Shown here in pieces: positions 41,414 through 52,021 of a stretch of DNA of 64,000 nucleotides (position 1 is the first letter of the stretch; every line of letters begins with the position of its first letter). The stretch lies in the sequence record ON529852.1; one strand, given 5' to 3'. The notes beneath the pieces were generated by a model. That model was not told the origin of the DNA and ran no database searches. It saw only the letters and a list, made by a program, of their open reading frames with translations. A program made the translations under genes and the position numbers.

Positions 41414-42043
41414 TCAAGCAACCTGACGATGATCGTCGTGAATCCTGTCATCCGCCAGCAGGTCCGCCAAGGGGCGCTCCGGGATATAGGTCAGCGACGA
41501 GGGCGTCGCCCGCACGATCTCGATTCCCCTGGTCTGGAGCGCGGCGATCAGGGGCGGATAGAGGGGACCAAAGGCCTTGGTGTAGTTGGACTCCTTGGTC
41601 GGCACGGGATGACCGGCGTGCCAGTGCGACGCCGTCCCGCCCTGGAACCCCATGTCGTAGCCCAGGAGGACGATCCGGGCGACGCCCAGGTGCAGGCACA
41701 GGTTCAGCGCCATATAGCCGCTGTCGTGTCCGGCGACATGGTCGGGATTGGTCGAAAGCGCCGGGCCGCCGGCCTCGAAGCGCATGTCGCGGTAGAGGCG
41801 TTCGACGCGCTGGTCCACGGTCGGGGACGGGGTGATAATGCGCCCGGAGAAATGCGCCGGCACGCGATCGCGATGCCAGTCCCACCAGCGGGCGTCGGCG
41901 AAGAACAGGATGTCGGGCTCGGGGACGATCTGATAGGCGTTGTTGAGCGCGATCGTGCGCCGGTCGCGCAGGCCGCTCAGGTCCATGCCCTTCAACGAAG
42001 GGCCGCCGCCAATGATGTATGCCGTCTCGCCGCGCCAGTGCAT
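41414..42043 (-). CDS. MptE/DUF115-like (Maf/sialyltransferase-like fold) protein
   Basis: IIGGGPSL, IALNNA, ILFFAD, SGYMALNL..HLG..RIVLLGYD. Confidence 0.65.
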   Translation of the reverse strand: MHWRGETAYIIGGGPSLKGMDLSGLRDRRTIALNNAYQIVPEPDILFFADARWWDWHRDRVPAHFSGRIITPSPTVDQRVERLYRDMRFEAGGPALSTNPDHVAGHDSGYMALNLCLHLGVARIVLLGYDMGFQGGTASHWHAGHPVPTKESNYTKAFGPLYPPLIAALQTRGIEIVRATPSSLTYIPERPLADLLADDRIHDDHRQVA

Positions 42044-42125
42044 GGGTCCCCTCTGTCAACGATCGCCGTCCCGACCCGTTTAGAGGTCTGGACGGCGATG
42101 TCAATGGGGACGGCAGTGAACGCCG

Positions 42126-43220
42126 TTACTGGGTGACCTTCCAGCCGAACTCGGCGGCGTCGACGTCGGCACGGGTCCAAGCCCCGCCGCCGGGTTTGGT
42201 GGCGAACGTATCCTGACTGAAACGGTAGTTCGCCGTCAGATCAAGAAGGACGTTCTGGGCAAGGCCTTCCTCCTCCACCCCGGCAAGCCGTGACAGGGTC
42301 TTGAACTGACGCGGGGACATGCCCTGCGACTGGGCCGCCGTCGTCACCACGACACCGTGAATCGTCGTGGGGGTCGTCGTCATATTGCTGTAGGCGTAGG
42401 TGTCCTTGTTCCCGACAGTGTCGATCGCCGTATAGGTGGTTTGTCCGTCGGACGCGATGTCATCCACCGCCTGCCACGCCGTGCCGGTATTCGGCGTCGA
42501 CTGGGTGGTGGCGCCGGGGCCATTCGGCCGCTGGGTGTCGATGATGAGATCACCCAGAAAGCCGTTCATCGTCGATCCTCCGGACGACAGCACAAGGATG
42601 TCATCGCCGCGATGGGTATTGGTGAAGTGGTAGGCAATCGCCTCGATCTGTCGCGACCCCGCTGCAAAGAGGTCGCCGGTGAACGAGATTTCGGTCACGC
42701 CATTCACGCGAACCTCGGCGGTCGCGCCGGCATCGTCGATGTTGGCGACGCGAATCTCGATCCGCTTCCACTCACCCGCCACCATGGGGTTCGTGCCGGT
42801 CGCCAACAGCGTGCCGTTCAGCAACAGTTCCAGGCGACCGCTGGTGTTATAGGACACCGTGATCCAGGTTGACGTCGACGTCGTCGACGACCAGGGCGTC
42901 TGGGTGTTCTGTGAGACCGGCGGCAGGAAGTTGACCAGGGTCAGCAGAAGGCGTCGTGCGATAGGCGCGGAGATGTAATAGATCGAGGCCGAATAGATCA
43001 CAGCATCCTGCCCCAGCGCCGCCAGGGGTCGCGGCAACTGTTTGGCGCAGAGGGTGGTGACGTTACCGCCGCCGCCATTGGTGAGGGCCGTGCCGCCCGC
43101 TCGGCCCAGGGTCGTGCTGACATTGGCGTAGGTGGTGGACGTATCCACGGTGTCCCACCGTTGATTGAGGTGAGTGATCGTGGTGATCGTGTCGAGGCCG
43201 TCGCAGAATTCAACAGACAT
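42126..43220 (-). CDS. virion/tail protein with LamG-like beta-sandwich
   Basis: Thr-rich beta protein, WKRIEIRV, DDILVL; tail-cluster position. Confidence 0.7.
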   Translation of the reverse strand: MSVEFCDGLDTITTITHLNQRWDTVDTSTTYANVSTTLGRAGGTALTNGGGGNVTTLCAKQLPRPLAALGQDAVIYSASIYYISAPIARRLLLTLVNFLPPVSQNTQTPWSSTTSTSTWITVSYNTSGRLELLLNGTLLATGTNPMVAGEWKRIEIRVANIDDAGATAEVRVNGVTEISFTGDLFAAGSRQIEAIAYHFTNTHRGDDILVLSSGGSTMNGFLGDLIIDTQRPNGPGATTQSTPNTGTAWQAVDDIASDGQTTYTAIDTVGNKDTYAYSNMTTTPTTIHGVVVTTAAQSQGMSPRQFKTLSRLAGVEEEGLAQNVLLDLTANYRFSQDTFATKPGGGAWTRADVDAAEFGWKVTQ

Positions 43221-43222
43221 GA

Positions 43223-44323
43223 TTAGGCGACCGACCGGATGATTTCGAGAGTTTGCATGGTAGTCCGCACGGGGGCTGAGGGGAGTACGAGGAGGGTTTC
43301 AAGGGTCTGCATGGTGGTCCGCACGGGGGCTGCGCCACGGTGGTTGACCACTTCCACCGTCTGCATGGTGTTTCGCACGGGTTTGCGATCCGAAGGATAG
43401 GCATGGACGATCACATAGCCTGGGCCGCCGCGCGCGCCGTTGCCGTTGCTGCCGCCGGCGCCGCCTCCGCCTACCGCGCCGGGATAGTCCGTGTCGCTGG
43501 TCCCCGACGGCGAAGCGCCTGTGCCACCGCCGGCCGTGCCGTCCGCAAGCCGAAGCGATTCCCAGCGCGGGAAATAGGCCGATCCGCCGCCGCCTAGCAC
43601 GATCTGGGTATTGGTGGTGAAGTTGGCCGCGCCGCCGCCATAGTAGCCCCCACCGCCGCCGCCGCCGCCCCTTGTGAACGTCTCCGACTGCACCGTGAAG
43701 CGATTGCCCGTTTTCCAGGCGCGGCCGCCGCGCAGGTAGCCGCCTTGAGATTCCGGGTTATTAGGGACCGAGGCGAGATCGCCCCGTCCACCCGTCGTCT
43801 GAGACCCACCGAGCGCGTTGTAGACCGTCAAATACTCAGAGCCGGCCACCAGTCCACCGCCGCGACCGGTCGCGCCCAGACCGCTGTATCCGCCGCCGCC
43901 GCCACCACCCGCCACGGCCCGCAACACACCATTGATGTAGACGCGCGACGAACCGCCGCCGCCGCCGCCGGCGTAAACGTTGGTGCCGGCGGCGCCGTCG
44001 CCCCCGTCCGGCCAGCCTCCGGCTCCGCCTTCACGCGGCGTCTGCAAACCGGGTCCGCCTGAACCGCCGACCTGGATGAGGACCACGTCACCCGGAACGA
44101 CTGGAAGGCTGATGGCGGTGAAGCCGCAGCCGCCGCCAGCGTTGAAGGACCCGCCGCCGCCGCCGCCGCCCCATAGCTTCAACCCCAACAGGTCGCATCC
44201 CGCCGGAACGACGCGGGTGAGGTTGATCCCCGTGTAGGGATAGGCGTTGAGCCCCAGGGTCAGAGGCTCGCCCGCAGAGGCGCCGGACCGACGTGCGGCG
44301 GCGTAAAAACCGGGGATGATCAT
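43223..44323 (-). CDS. glycine-rich tail fibre-associated protein
   Basis: Repeated GGGGG runs, LWGGGGGGG, GGSG.V type motifs. Confidence 0.75.
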   Translation of the reverse strand: MIIPGFYAAARRSGASAGEPLTLGLNAYPYTGINLTRVVPAGCDLLGLKLWGGGGGGGSFNAGGGCGFTAISLPVVPGDVVLIQVGGSGGPGLQTPREGGAGGWPDGGDGAAGTNVYAGGGGGGSSRVYINGVLRAVAGGGGGGGYSGLGATGRGGGLVAGSEYLTVYNALGGSQTTGGRGDLASVPNNPESQGGYLRGGRAWKTGNRFTVQSETFTRGGGGGGGGYYGGGAANFTTNTQIVLGGGGSAYFPRWESLRLADGTAGGGTGASPSGTSDTDYPGAVGGGGAGGSNGNGARGGPGYVIVHAYPSDRKPVRNTMQTVEVVNHRGAAPVRTTMQTLETLLVLPSAPVRTTMQTLEIIRSVA

Positions 44324-47300
44324 CAGACCGACCCCAGGTCGCCGAACAGGGTCCAGACATCGGTATCGGTCTTCAACAGAGACGCGACAGAATGCTTCTT
44401 GCGCAGGTCGGTCGTCACATCGTCAGGATACTCCAGCGTCACCCCGGAGCCAGCCAGGACGGTCACCGTGCCGTCGCCCGCACGTTGCAGGGACACAGAG
44501 GCTCCGATCGGGAAGGCCACGGCGCTGTTGGGCGGCACCGTCACGACGCTCGGCGAGGCCGAGTCGATCTTGCGGTGACCTTGACGATCCGCCAAGGTCA
44601 GGGTGTAGCTGGTGGTTGCGCTGACCGCGATCGTCAGCAAGTCCTGCCGCTGCGGCGCCTGGGACTCCCACATGCCGTTCTTGAACGTCAGCAGGTGGCC
44701 GTCGGCGGGCGTCATCCCCGTCTTGACGTTCGTCAACTCGGACAGCGCCAGGCCAGGATTGTAACGCGCCCAGTCCCCGGCGCCCGCCGCGCTCAGCATG
44801 ATCGCGGCGTAGCCCGCATGAGTCGGCGAGGTGAACGTGGCGTCCGGAGAGATCGCCGTGTTCGGCGCGACCACGGCGCTGGCGGTCGCATAGCTGCGGT
44901 TGGCGCTGGCCGAGGGCAGGCTGCCTTGAGCCAACTGGGTCCAGGGGGCGTCAGCCGTCGCCGCCGTGGTGGACTCTCGGCCGACGTACAGGGACAAGGC
45001 CAGGGCCGAAGCGGCGCCGCTGGTCATGGCGGCGCCCGTCCAGGACGGCGCGCTGGTGTAGGTGGGATCGCTGGCCCACGACACCGCGACAATACCGTCG
45101 ATGCCGCTCGTCAATCCCGCGATCTCATAGACGGCAAGGGCGCCGGCGGCGATCACCGAGGGGGACGAAGCCGTCACGAACGGCGACAACGAAGCCGTGT
45201 CGCCCGACACCTGTCGATAGGCGATGGCGGGGCGGATGCGATCCCCGGTAGCGGGCGCGCCCGGCAGCATGGTCCAGCCCGTGTTGGCCGTCGGGGTCGT
45301 CTGGTCGCTCATCAAGGCGATCAGCCAGTTCCCTGCTTGAGGCGTGGCCGGCAGGGTGACGGACGGCACGAAGGCGGTCGCCGTGGAGTAGACCCCGATC
45401 AAGGCCTGCTGGACGATCTCCGGCGCGGCGAGCGGGACACCCTGTTGATAGATTTTCCCCGTGCTCTCGTCGACATAGAGAGAGGAGGCCGGCTTGGCCG
45501 CCGTCGGGACCCCGGACCCCGAGCCGATTTGCGCCTGGTCCAGGAACAGACGTGCGTCACGCGACGGTTCGGACGTCCATTCGCCGTCCCGGTAGGTCAG
45601 CACCTCGCCTTGAGCCGGCGCGCCCAGGTTGACGTCCGTCAGTTCGCCCAGGGCCGGCACGCCGCCCGACGAGGCGGGCAGGTTATGGGCGCCCCAGACC
45701 CCATCCTTATAGGTCAGGACCTGATCGGCGAGCGGCGCCGAGGCGAAGTCGACGTCGGTCAATTCATCCAGAACGACGGGCAGGGCGCGCCATTCATCGC
45801 CCGTTCCCGGCGTTTCAGTCGTCCCCTCCAGCAGGCAGAGGTAGAGCACGCCATCGTGATAGACGGTGTCTCCCGACAGGTAGGGACGGGTCGAAAAGAC
45901 GGTGTTGCAGCGAATATAACTGATCCGCACGTCGTCCGAACCGCCGACGAAGTTGCCGTCTTTCGAGTAGCGCAGCCGGATGGCGTGCGTGCCCGGCGAC
46001 AACGTCGTCGTGAAGGTCTTGAACGGGTTCGCCGGTCCGCCGTCAGACAGCACCTGAGTGCCGTCAACGAAGACACGGAAGACGTCGGACGCCGTGCTCT
46101 CGCTTTGCACCCGATAGCGGATCACGAGATCGGGATGCGCGGCATCCGCCTCGACCGTGAAGGTGAACTCCGTCGCCCCATTGTGCGGAATGACCGGAGA
46201 CTTCAGGACCTTGGTGTAGGGCGCGTCCTCCTGAGCGACGACCGCCCAGCCTGCCGAGTAGGCGTTGGCGAACAACGCCGGGGGCGTGGCCTCGAAATCG
46301 TAGGTTACATAGTCGGAGGCGACGCCGAACTCGCCGCGATGCTGCGGCACCGAAGTGCCGCCGAAGGGCAGGAACTCCAGCCCTTGACCATCTTCGCGCA
46401 CGCCGACGACCTTGCCGCCGTGCCCCGTATAGGTGTCCGGGGTGTCGATCAGGCGGTTGAACGCAATACGGTCGGTCGATCCGATGTTGAAGGTGGTGAC
46501 GGCCGCCCAGCCGTTCGCCGTTCCGCCTGAGTAGGCGGTGGTCCAGGTCGTCCCGTCGTCGGAATACTGCACATCCCACGAAATCGCCCCCGTCCGCGTG
46601 CTCGACGTCGTCATGGCGACGTAGCCGATCTCGACCGGCTCGACGAAGTCATAGCGCAGCCATGATCCCTCGCTGGCGTTGAAGGTCGACTGCCAGGCGG
46701 TCGCGGGGTCGGCGTCGAAAGCCTTGTCGGCGGACCACGTACTGCCTCGGGACGAACTGGCGGACGCCGTTCCGCCCGTCGCCAACTGCGGGCCGCCCGC
46801 GACCTTGGTCATCACCACATCGCGCACGGTGATGTAGTCCGCCACCGCCGTGTGATAGAGGATGCGCCAGCGCGCGTGTGCGCCGAAAGACAGCATGGGC
46901 TTGATGCCGACCGGGGCCGCCTTCCAGGCGCCGCCTTGATAGGTCAGGACGTGTTCCGGCGGGGTGCCCGTGACGGTCAAATCGACGTCGGTAAGATCGT
47001 CCAGTTGCTGCACCGGAGACACATATTCCAAGGCCGTGCCGGTGGCGTTGACCCGAACGGCCTTGCCCGGCTGAGCGCTCATAGGGCCAGGGCCGTCGCC
47101 CAGTCGAGCGAACAGTTCCGTCGACAGAGACGGCGCGAGTTCAAGAACCGCGCCGGCGGTCCACGGCGGTTGCACCGTCGTCCAGGCGGTCGTCCAGGTC
47201 GTGCCGTTGTCGTCCGAATACTGGACGGCGATCGTCGTCGGGGTCGTTCTCGCCGTATGCGGGGTCAGTGTCACATGACCCACGGCCACTGGCGCGGCGA

Positions 47301-50300
47301 AGGCGTAGCGCAGCCAGGAGCCTTCGTTCGCGCCCGAACCGTTCTGCCAGTAGGTCGCCGGATTGTTGTCGAAGGCGTTGGCCGCGTTGTTGCTCAGCCA
47401 CGTCGTGGACGCAGTCGCCGTTCCGCCGACCGCCAACTGCGGACCCCCGATCGCGGCGCACATCACGACTTCGCGGGCCGTGATGAACTGACCGGCGGTC
47501 GTGGCGTAATAGACCAGGCGCCAGTCCTTGTGCGCGCCGTAGGTGGGCTTGGACGATTCGGAGGTCCAGGCCCCCCCGCGATACGTCAACCGGTCGCCCG
47601 CTTGCGGGGCTCCAGCAGAGAAATCGACGTCGTCCAGTTGCGCGAGGTTCTGTGCGCCGCCTTCCCCCTCAGTGAGGAAGCGTTTCCAGGTCGGCTCCAG
47701 GTTTTCACCGTAGAGATGCTCGGCGTCGAAGTAGATCACCGCATAGGCCCACAACGGAGACCCTGCGCCCAGGGACGCCGTCAGGGTGGCGTCGCTGCTC
47801 GGCGTGAACGCGCCCGCCCCCGCGACCGCCATCGCTTGAGCGGCGTCGCTGTCCGTGACCGTCGTCAGCCCGTATTCTCCCGAAAGGGAGCCGGCGGTCG
47901 TCCCGCCCTTCTCGAACATGGCGCCGATGGCGAAGGTATAGGGGCTCGTCGCGGGGGCCGTATAGGCGGCGGCGGAGAAGGCGCCCGAGGCGGACCCTGC
48001 CATGAAGGCCGTCTGATAGAAGTCCCCCCAGGCGGCGCCCAGGCCGGACACCTCATGCACCGCGAAGGCGTCTTCGGGGCTGGCGGCGGCCGTGATCGGC
48101 AGCGGATGGGCCTCCGATCCGTCGATCTTCCGATAGGCGACCGTAACGTTGATGTCGGTCCCCGGCGCCGAATCAACGACCGTCCAGATCGAATCCAGCG
48201 TCACCGGACCAGCGGTGCCCGCCGCATAGAACAGGACCAGCCAGTTGTCGGTCTGGATTTGTTCGTAGTTCCAGGTCAACGGTCCCGCGTTGGGCGAGAC
48301 AAAGCCCCAGGACTGTTCGAACTTGGGGGCCAGGCGCGGCGTGGCGCGCGACACGTAAAGGTCGCCGGGGTCGTGACGCATGTAGAGCGAACCGGAGGCT
48401 TCGCCCCAGTCCGGCGCCCCGGAGCCCGATTCAATCCGACGGCCATCATAGATATAGATGGGGTATTCGCCGCCGGGACCCGTGCCGCCGTCCGGCGTGC
48501 GGGCCTCCCAGTAACCGCTGCCCTCAACCCCGGTGTCGATCCAGGTCAAGACCTGGCCGTTGGAGGGATAGGGCGGCTGGCGCACGTCATCCAGCATGCT
48601 CAGGCGCATCCGGCGCGAGCGCCACACGCCACCGACGTCGGGAACGTTGACGTAGGTCAGCACCTCGCCGAACACCGGCGAAGGCTCCGTCAGATCGACA
48701 TCGTCGAGGTCGTTCAGGGTCAGCGGGACCGCCGTGGGATTCTCCGCCTGCCAGACGCCGTCCTTGAAGGTCAGCAGTTGTCCCGCCGTCGGCGGCGTGT
48801 CGAACTCGACGTCCGTCAGGTCATTGAGGACCTGCGGCACCGTCGGCGGCGTGACGAACTCCAGTCCGCTGGCGTCGGCCTTGACCTGAACCTGCTTGCC
48901 GCCCTGGCCCACATAGGTGTCGGGGGTGTCGGCATCGTCAAGGAAGCTGGTGGTCAGTCCGGGCCGCGTATAGACTCGGGTCTGCGACGCCGTCCAGCCG
49001 GTCTGATTCGTCGCACCCCAGGCCTCGAACCACGACGCACCGTCGTCGGAATACTGGACCCGGAAGACTTCAGGCGAGTAGTTGGGCGCCCAGCCGGCGA
49101 CGGACGAGGCGGTGAGGGTGATTTCCTGAAGCGAGACCGGAGCCGCGAAGTGATAACCGATCCAGGCGTCCGGCAGATAGGCGGTCCAGATGTCGCCGGT
49201 CGTGCCGTCGAAGGCGCCGTTGGTGTTGCCGCCCGTGCCGATCGCCGTCCCGCCGGTCGCCATCTGAGGCCCGCCCGGCACGCCGCGCATCACCACTTCG
49301 GCCACGACGACGGTGGTCGTGCCGGGGTAGGCGGCGGTGTCGTCCACCACCACGCGCCAGTAGGCGTGTCGACCGTAATCGCCCGGCGACGCCAGTGGCA
49401 CCCATTTGCCGGCCCGACGGCCCAAGAGGTCTCCGTCTTGCTGTCCGGTGGTGTCGGCGTCCGTCAGGTCGTTCAGCGCCAGTTCGGTGTCGCCCGTCGC
49501 ATCCTTGGCCGACCACTCCCCGTCGGTGTAGGTCAACACCTGGCCGTTGACCGGAGCCGGGTTCATGTTGACGTCGGAGAGTTCGCCCAGGGTCGAGGCC
49601 GGCGGCGTGAAGGGGACGTATTCCAGCTTGGTGCCGTCTTCGTTGACGCGCACGATCTTGCCGGCGTGGCTCGTCATGGCCCCCGGCGAATCCGAAAGCT
49701 GGGCGAACGAAAGCTTCGCCCGCGTCGGCACGGTCTCCATCACCTCCGCCGCCGTCCAGCCGAAGGAGCGTTCTTCGCTCCAGGCGGTGATCCAGGTCAC
49801 CCCGGCGTCATCCGAGAACTGGACGTCCCAGGAGACCGGCAGTTGGCGCAGGGACGCCGGCGTCAGCGTGATCGCGTTGACTTCGACAGGATCAATGAAG
49901 GTGTATCGCAGCCAGGCCTTGTCGGCGGCGACAGCGGGCGCGCGCCAGTAGGTGGCGGGGTCGGCGTCGAAGGCCTTGTCAGCCGCCCAGTCGGGCATGG
50001 TCTCGGCGTTGGAGGTCGGAATGCCGCCTTCCGCCAGTTGCGGCAGGCCCGCGCCCGCGCGCATGACCACTTCAGTGATTTCCATCACCTGGTCGGTCGA
50101 GGTCCGGAAGTAGAGCCGCCAGTCGCGGTGCTCGCCGAAGCGGAGGCCCTCGCCCGCGATGGGCTGGGCCGGGGCGTAAATCCAGGAGCCGTCCCAGTAG
50201 GTCAGCAGATCGCCGTTCAGCGGCGTTCCGGCCGAGAAGTCGACGTCGGTCAGATCATCCAGGGATTGCGGGATCGCGGCGGCCACCGAGGGCTGCGGCG

Positions 50301-51987
50301 TCCAGAACCCACCCTTGTAGGTCAGGACATAGTCCTCGGTCGGCGCCGGGGTCTCGTAGAGGACGTCCGTCAACTCTTCGAGGCGAGTCGCACCGCCGCC
50401 GGTCGCCGGCACAGGCTCCGAGCCCCAGACGCCGTCCCGATAGGTCAGCACCTCGCCCGGTGCCGGATCGACGATGGTGACGTCGGTCAGTTGGTCGAGG
50501 GTGGTCGCGCCGCCGCCGCCGCCCGAGGGGGCGGGCACGAAGATCAGTCCCGTGCCCGCCGGGTTGACGGCGACGAACTTGTTCTGGGCGTTCTGGTAAT
50601 TGGCGGGAGTGTCGGTCAGACCGATAAAGGCGACGTCCACCGCGTTGAGGACGTATTCGAAGCCATCCTCGTTGCCGTTGACGCGAACGAAGCGTCCTCC
50701 GGCGCCGGCCATGGAGGCGACGCCGACCATTTCGGTGATCGAGGGCCGCACATACTCCAGCGCCGTGCCGTTGGCGTTGACGCGCAGATAGCGCAGGGCG
50801 GACGCCGCCGCCATGGCGCCGGGACCGTCCGAGAGGTCCGCCAACTTCAGGCGACCGAAAACCATGCCGCTCTGGGCCGAGTTGACCCGCAGCACCATGC
50901 CCGCCGCGTCCGTGTAGACGTTGGGGGTGTCCGAGAGTTCAGTCAGACGCAGGGAGCCGAAGATCAGTCGGTCTTCATCCGGACCGACGCGCGCCATTCT
51001 GCCGGCCTGGCCCGTGAAGCTGTTCGGCGTATCCAACAGTTCGGTGAAATTGACGGGGCCGCCGGTCCCCGGCGCATACTCCCAGCCCGTGCCGGCGGCG
51101 TTGACGCGCAGATAGGTGAGGGCGTCGCCGAAGTCGGGGGCGCCGGGTCCGTCCGTCAGATCAGCGACCTTCGGCATGCCGAACTGGACGCCGTTGTTGG
51201 TCGCATTGACCAGGAGGTATTTGCCGGCCTGGCCGGCGTAGGAGTTCGGGAAGTCCGAGTTCTCGCGCAGGTAGGGCGTGGCGTAGGTCAGGCCCGTGCC
51301 GTTGGCGTTGACCACGACGTGCCGGTTCGCGGCGCCAGTGTAGCTGTTGGGAGTGTCGTCCAGATCAACGAAAGAATTGACGTTGGCGGCCGAGGAGACG
51401 AACTCCAGGCGCGTGCCGGCGGCGTTGACCGCCACCAGGCTGCCCGCGTTGCCCGCGAGCGTGCTCGGCGTGTCCGTCAACTGGGCGAACGACATCGCCA
51501 GCGTCCACGGATTCCAGGTATTGGTAGCGGCGCTGTAGCGCAGCAGTTGGCCGTCGGTCGGCAGGCCCGACACGTCGGACAGATCGCGCAGCAGTCCCAT
51601 GCCCGAAATCGGGTCCGGCACCACGAAACGCACATCGTTTCCGTCCGACACCACCAGGCCGATCCGGTTGGCGGGCAGTTCCGCCGACAGACCCGTGCCA
51701 GCGACCTTGACCACGACCGAGGCCGTGCCCTGGTTTTCGATGGCGAACCAACGGGGCGTCGCCGGGACCGTCACCGTCCGCGCCGCCGTATGTCCGGCGA
51801 ACTGAAGCAGGAAATACTTGGTGAACTGATCGGTGTTGAGGGTGACGTCGCCCGCCGCCAGCGACACCGACAGCGTATCGTTCATCGCCGCTTCGAGAAT
51901 GGCGATCGCGGTGTTGATCGTCGCCTCCTTCTGCTCCTGGTTGGCGGCGACCTGGGGCAGGTGGAGAATCGGGGTGTAGTCGGTCAT
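44323..51987 (-). CDS. giant tail fibre / receptor-binding protein (2554 aa)
   Basis: DUF2793-like N-terminus; many L..L.DV and F..L.DTP repeats; four discoidin/F5-8 type C-like domains (AFD...T.W, WL.Y.F, VQYSDD..TW). Confidence 0.85.
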   Translation of the reverse strand: MTDYTPILHLPQVAANQEQKEATINTAIAILEAAMNDTLSVSLAAGDVTLNTDQFTKYFLLQFAGHTAARTVTVPATPRWFAIENQGTASVVVKVAGTGLSAELPANRIGLVVSDGNDVRFVVPDPISGMGLLRDLSDVSGLPTDGQLLRYSAATNTWNPWTLAMSFAQLTDTPSTLAGNAGSLVAVNAAGTRLEFVSSAANVNSFVDLDDTPNSYTGAANRHVVVNANGTGLTYATPYLRENSDFPNSYAGQAGKYLLVNATNNGVQFGMPKVADLTDGPGAPDFGDALTYLRVNAAGTGWEYAPGTGGPVNFTELLDTPNSFTGQAGRMARVGPDEDRLIFGSLRLTELSDTPNVYTDAAGMVLRVNSAQSGMVFGRLKLADLSDGPGAMAAASALRYLRVNANGTALEYVRPSITEMVGVASMAGAGGRFVRVNGNEDGFEYVLNAVDVAFIGLTDTPANYQNAQNKFVAVNPAGTGLIFVPAPSGGGGGATTLDQLTDVTIVDPAPGEVLTYRDGVWGSEPVPATGGGATRLEELTDVLYETPAPTEDYVLTYKGGFWTPQPSVAAAIPQSLDDLTDVDFSAGTPLNGDLLTYWDGSWIYAPAQPIAGEGLRFGEHRDWRLYFRTSTDQVMEITEVVMRAGAGLPQLAEGGIPTSNAETMPDWAADKAFDADPATYWRAPAVAADKAWLRYTFIDPVEVNAITLTPASLRQLPVSWDVQFSDDAGVTWITAWSEERSFGWTAAEVMETVPTRAKLSFAQLSDSPGAMTSHAGKIVRVNEDGTKLEYVPFTPPASTLGELSDVNMNPAPVNGQVLTYTDGEWSAKDATGDTELALNDLTDADTTGQQDGDLLGRRAGKWVPLASPGDYGRHAYWRVVVDDTAAYPGTTTVVVAEVVMRGVPGGPQMATGGTAIGTGGNTNGAFDGTTGDIWTAYLPDAWIGYHFAAPVSLQEITLTASSVAGWAPNYSPEVFRVQYSDDGASWFEAWGATNQTGWTASQTRVYTRPGLTTSFLDDADTPDTYVGQGGKQVQVKADASGLEFVTPPTVPQVLNDLTDVEFDTPPTAGQLLTFKDGVWQAENPTAVPLTLNDLDDVDLTEPSPVFGEVLTYVNVPDVGGVWRSRRMRLSMLDDVRQPPYPSNGQVLTWIDTGVEGSGYWEARTPDGGTGPGGEYPIYIYDGRRIESGSGAPDWGEASGSLYMRHDPGDLYVSRATPRLAPKFEQSWGFVSPNAGPLTWNYEQIQTDNWLVLFYAAGTAGPVTLDSIWTVVDSAPGTDINVTVAYRKIDGSEAHPLPITAAASPEDAFAVHEVSGLGAAWGDFYQTAFMAGSASGAFSAAAYTAPATSPYTFAIGAMFEKGGTTAGSLSGEYGLTTVTDSDAAQAMAVAGAGAFTPSSDATLTASLGAGSPLWAYAVIYFDAEHLYGENLEPTWKRFLTEGEGGAQNLAQLDDVDFSAGAPQAGDRLTYRGGAWTSESSKPTYGAHKDWRLVYYATTAGQFITAREVVMCAAIGGPQLAVGGTATASTTWLSNNAANAFDNNPATYWQNGSGANEGSWLRYAFAAPVAVGHVTLTPHTARTTPTTIAVQYSDDNGTTWTTAWTTVQPPWTAGAVLELAPSLSTELFARLGDGPGPMSAQPGKAVRVNATGTALEYVSPVQQLDDLTDVDLTVTGTPPEHVLTYQGGAWKAAPVGIKPMLSFGAHARWRILYHTAVADYITVRDVVMTKVAGGPQLATGGTASASSSRGSTWSADKAFDADPATAWQSTFNASEGSWLRYDFVEPVEIGYVAMTTSSTRTGAISWDVQYSDDGTTWTTAYSGGTANGWAAVTTFNIGSTDRIAFNRLIDTPDTYTGHGGKVVGVREDGQGLEFLPFGGTSVPQHRGEFGVASDYVTYDFEATPPALFANAYSAGWAVVAQEDAPYTKVLKSPVIPHNGATEFTFTVEADAAHPDLVIRYRVQSESTASDVFRVFVDGTQVLSDGGPANPFKTFTTTLSPGTHAIRLRYSKDGNFVGGSDDVRISYIRCNTVFSTRPYLSGDTVYHDGVLYLCLLEGTTETPGTGDEWRALPVVLDELTDVDFASAPLADQVLTYKDGVWGAHNLPASSGGVPALGELTDVNLGAPAQGEVLTYRDGEWTSEPSRDARLFLDQAQIGSGSGVPTAAKPASSLYVDESTGKIYQQGVPLAAPEIVQQALIGVYSTATAFVPSVTLPATPQAGNWLIALMSDQTTPTANTGWTMLPGAPATGDRIRPAIAYRQVSGDTASLSPFVTASSPSVIAAGALAVYEIAGLTSGIDGIVAVSWASDPTYTSAPSWTGAAMTSGAASALALSLYVGRESTTAATADAPWTQLAQGSLPSASANRSYATASAVVAPNTAISPDATFTSPTHAGYAAIMLSAAGAGDWARYNPGLALSELTNVKTGMTPADGHLLTFKNGMWESQAPQRQDLLTIAVSATTSYTLTLADRQGHRKIDSASPSVVTVPPNSAVAFPIGASVSLQRAGDGTVTVLAGSGVTLEYPDDVTTDLRKKHSVASLLKTDTDVWTLFGDLGSV

Positions 51988-52021
51988 TGAGGCGTCGCCG
52001 GTGAGCAGGCTGGAAGAGGGG

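Noticed and set aside
44323-51987. Diversity-generating retroelement or invertible fibre cassette
   Set aside because: The repeats are diverged protein-domain duplications; no reverse transcriptase, invertase, adenine-specific TR/VR pair or flanking inverted sites seen
46852-51990. 1712-aa + strand ORF and other long + strand ORFs (3170-4411 on the minus strand; 18383-20005, 23549-25639, 29096-31654, 33674-35473, 56023-59637, 59919-62258 on the plus strand)
   Set aside because: Antisense shadows of real genes in a high-GC genome; Arg/Gly/Val/Ala-rich translations with no family motifs
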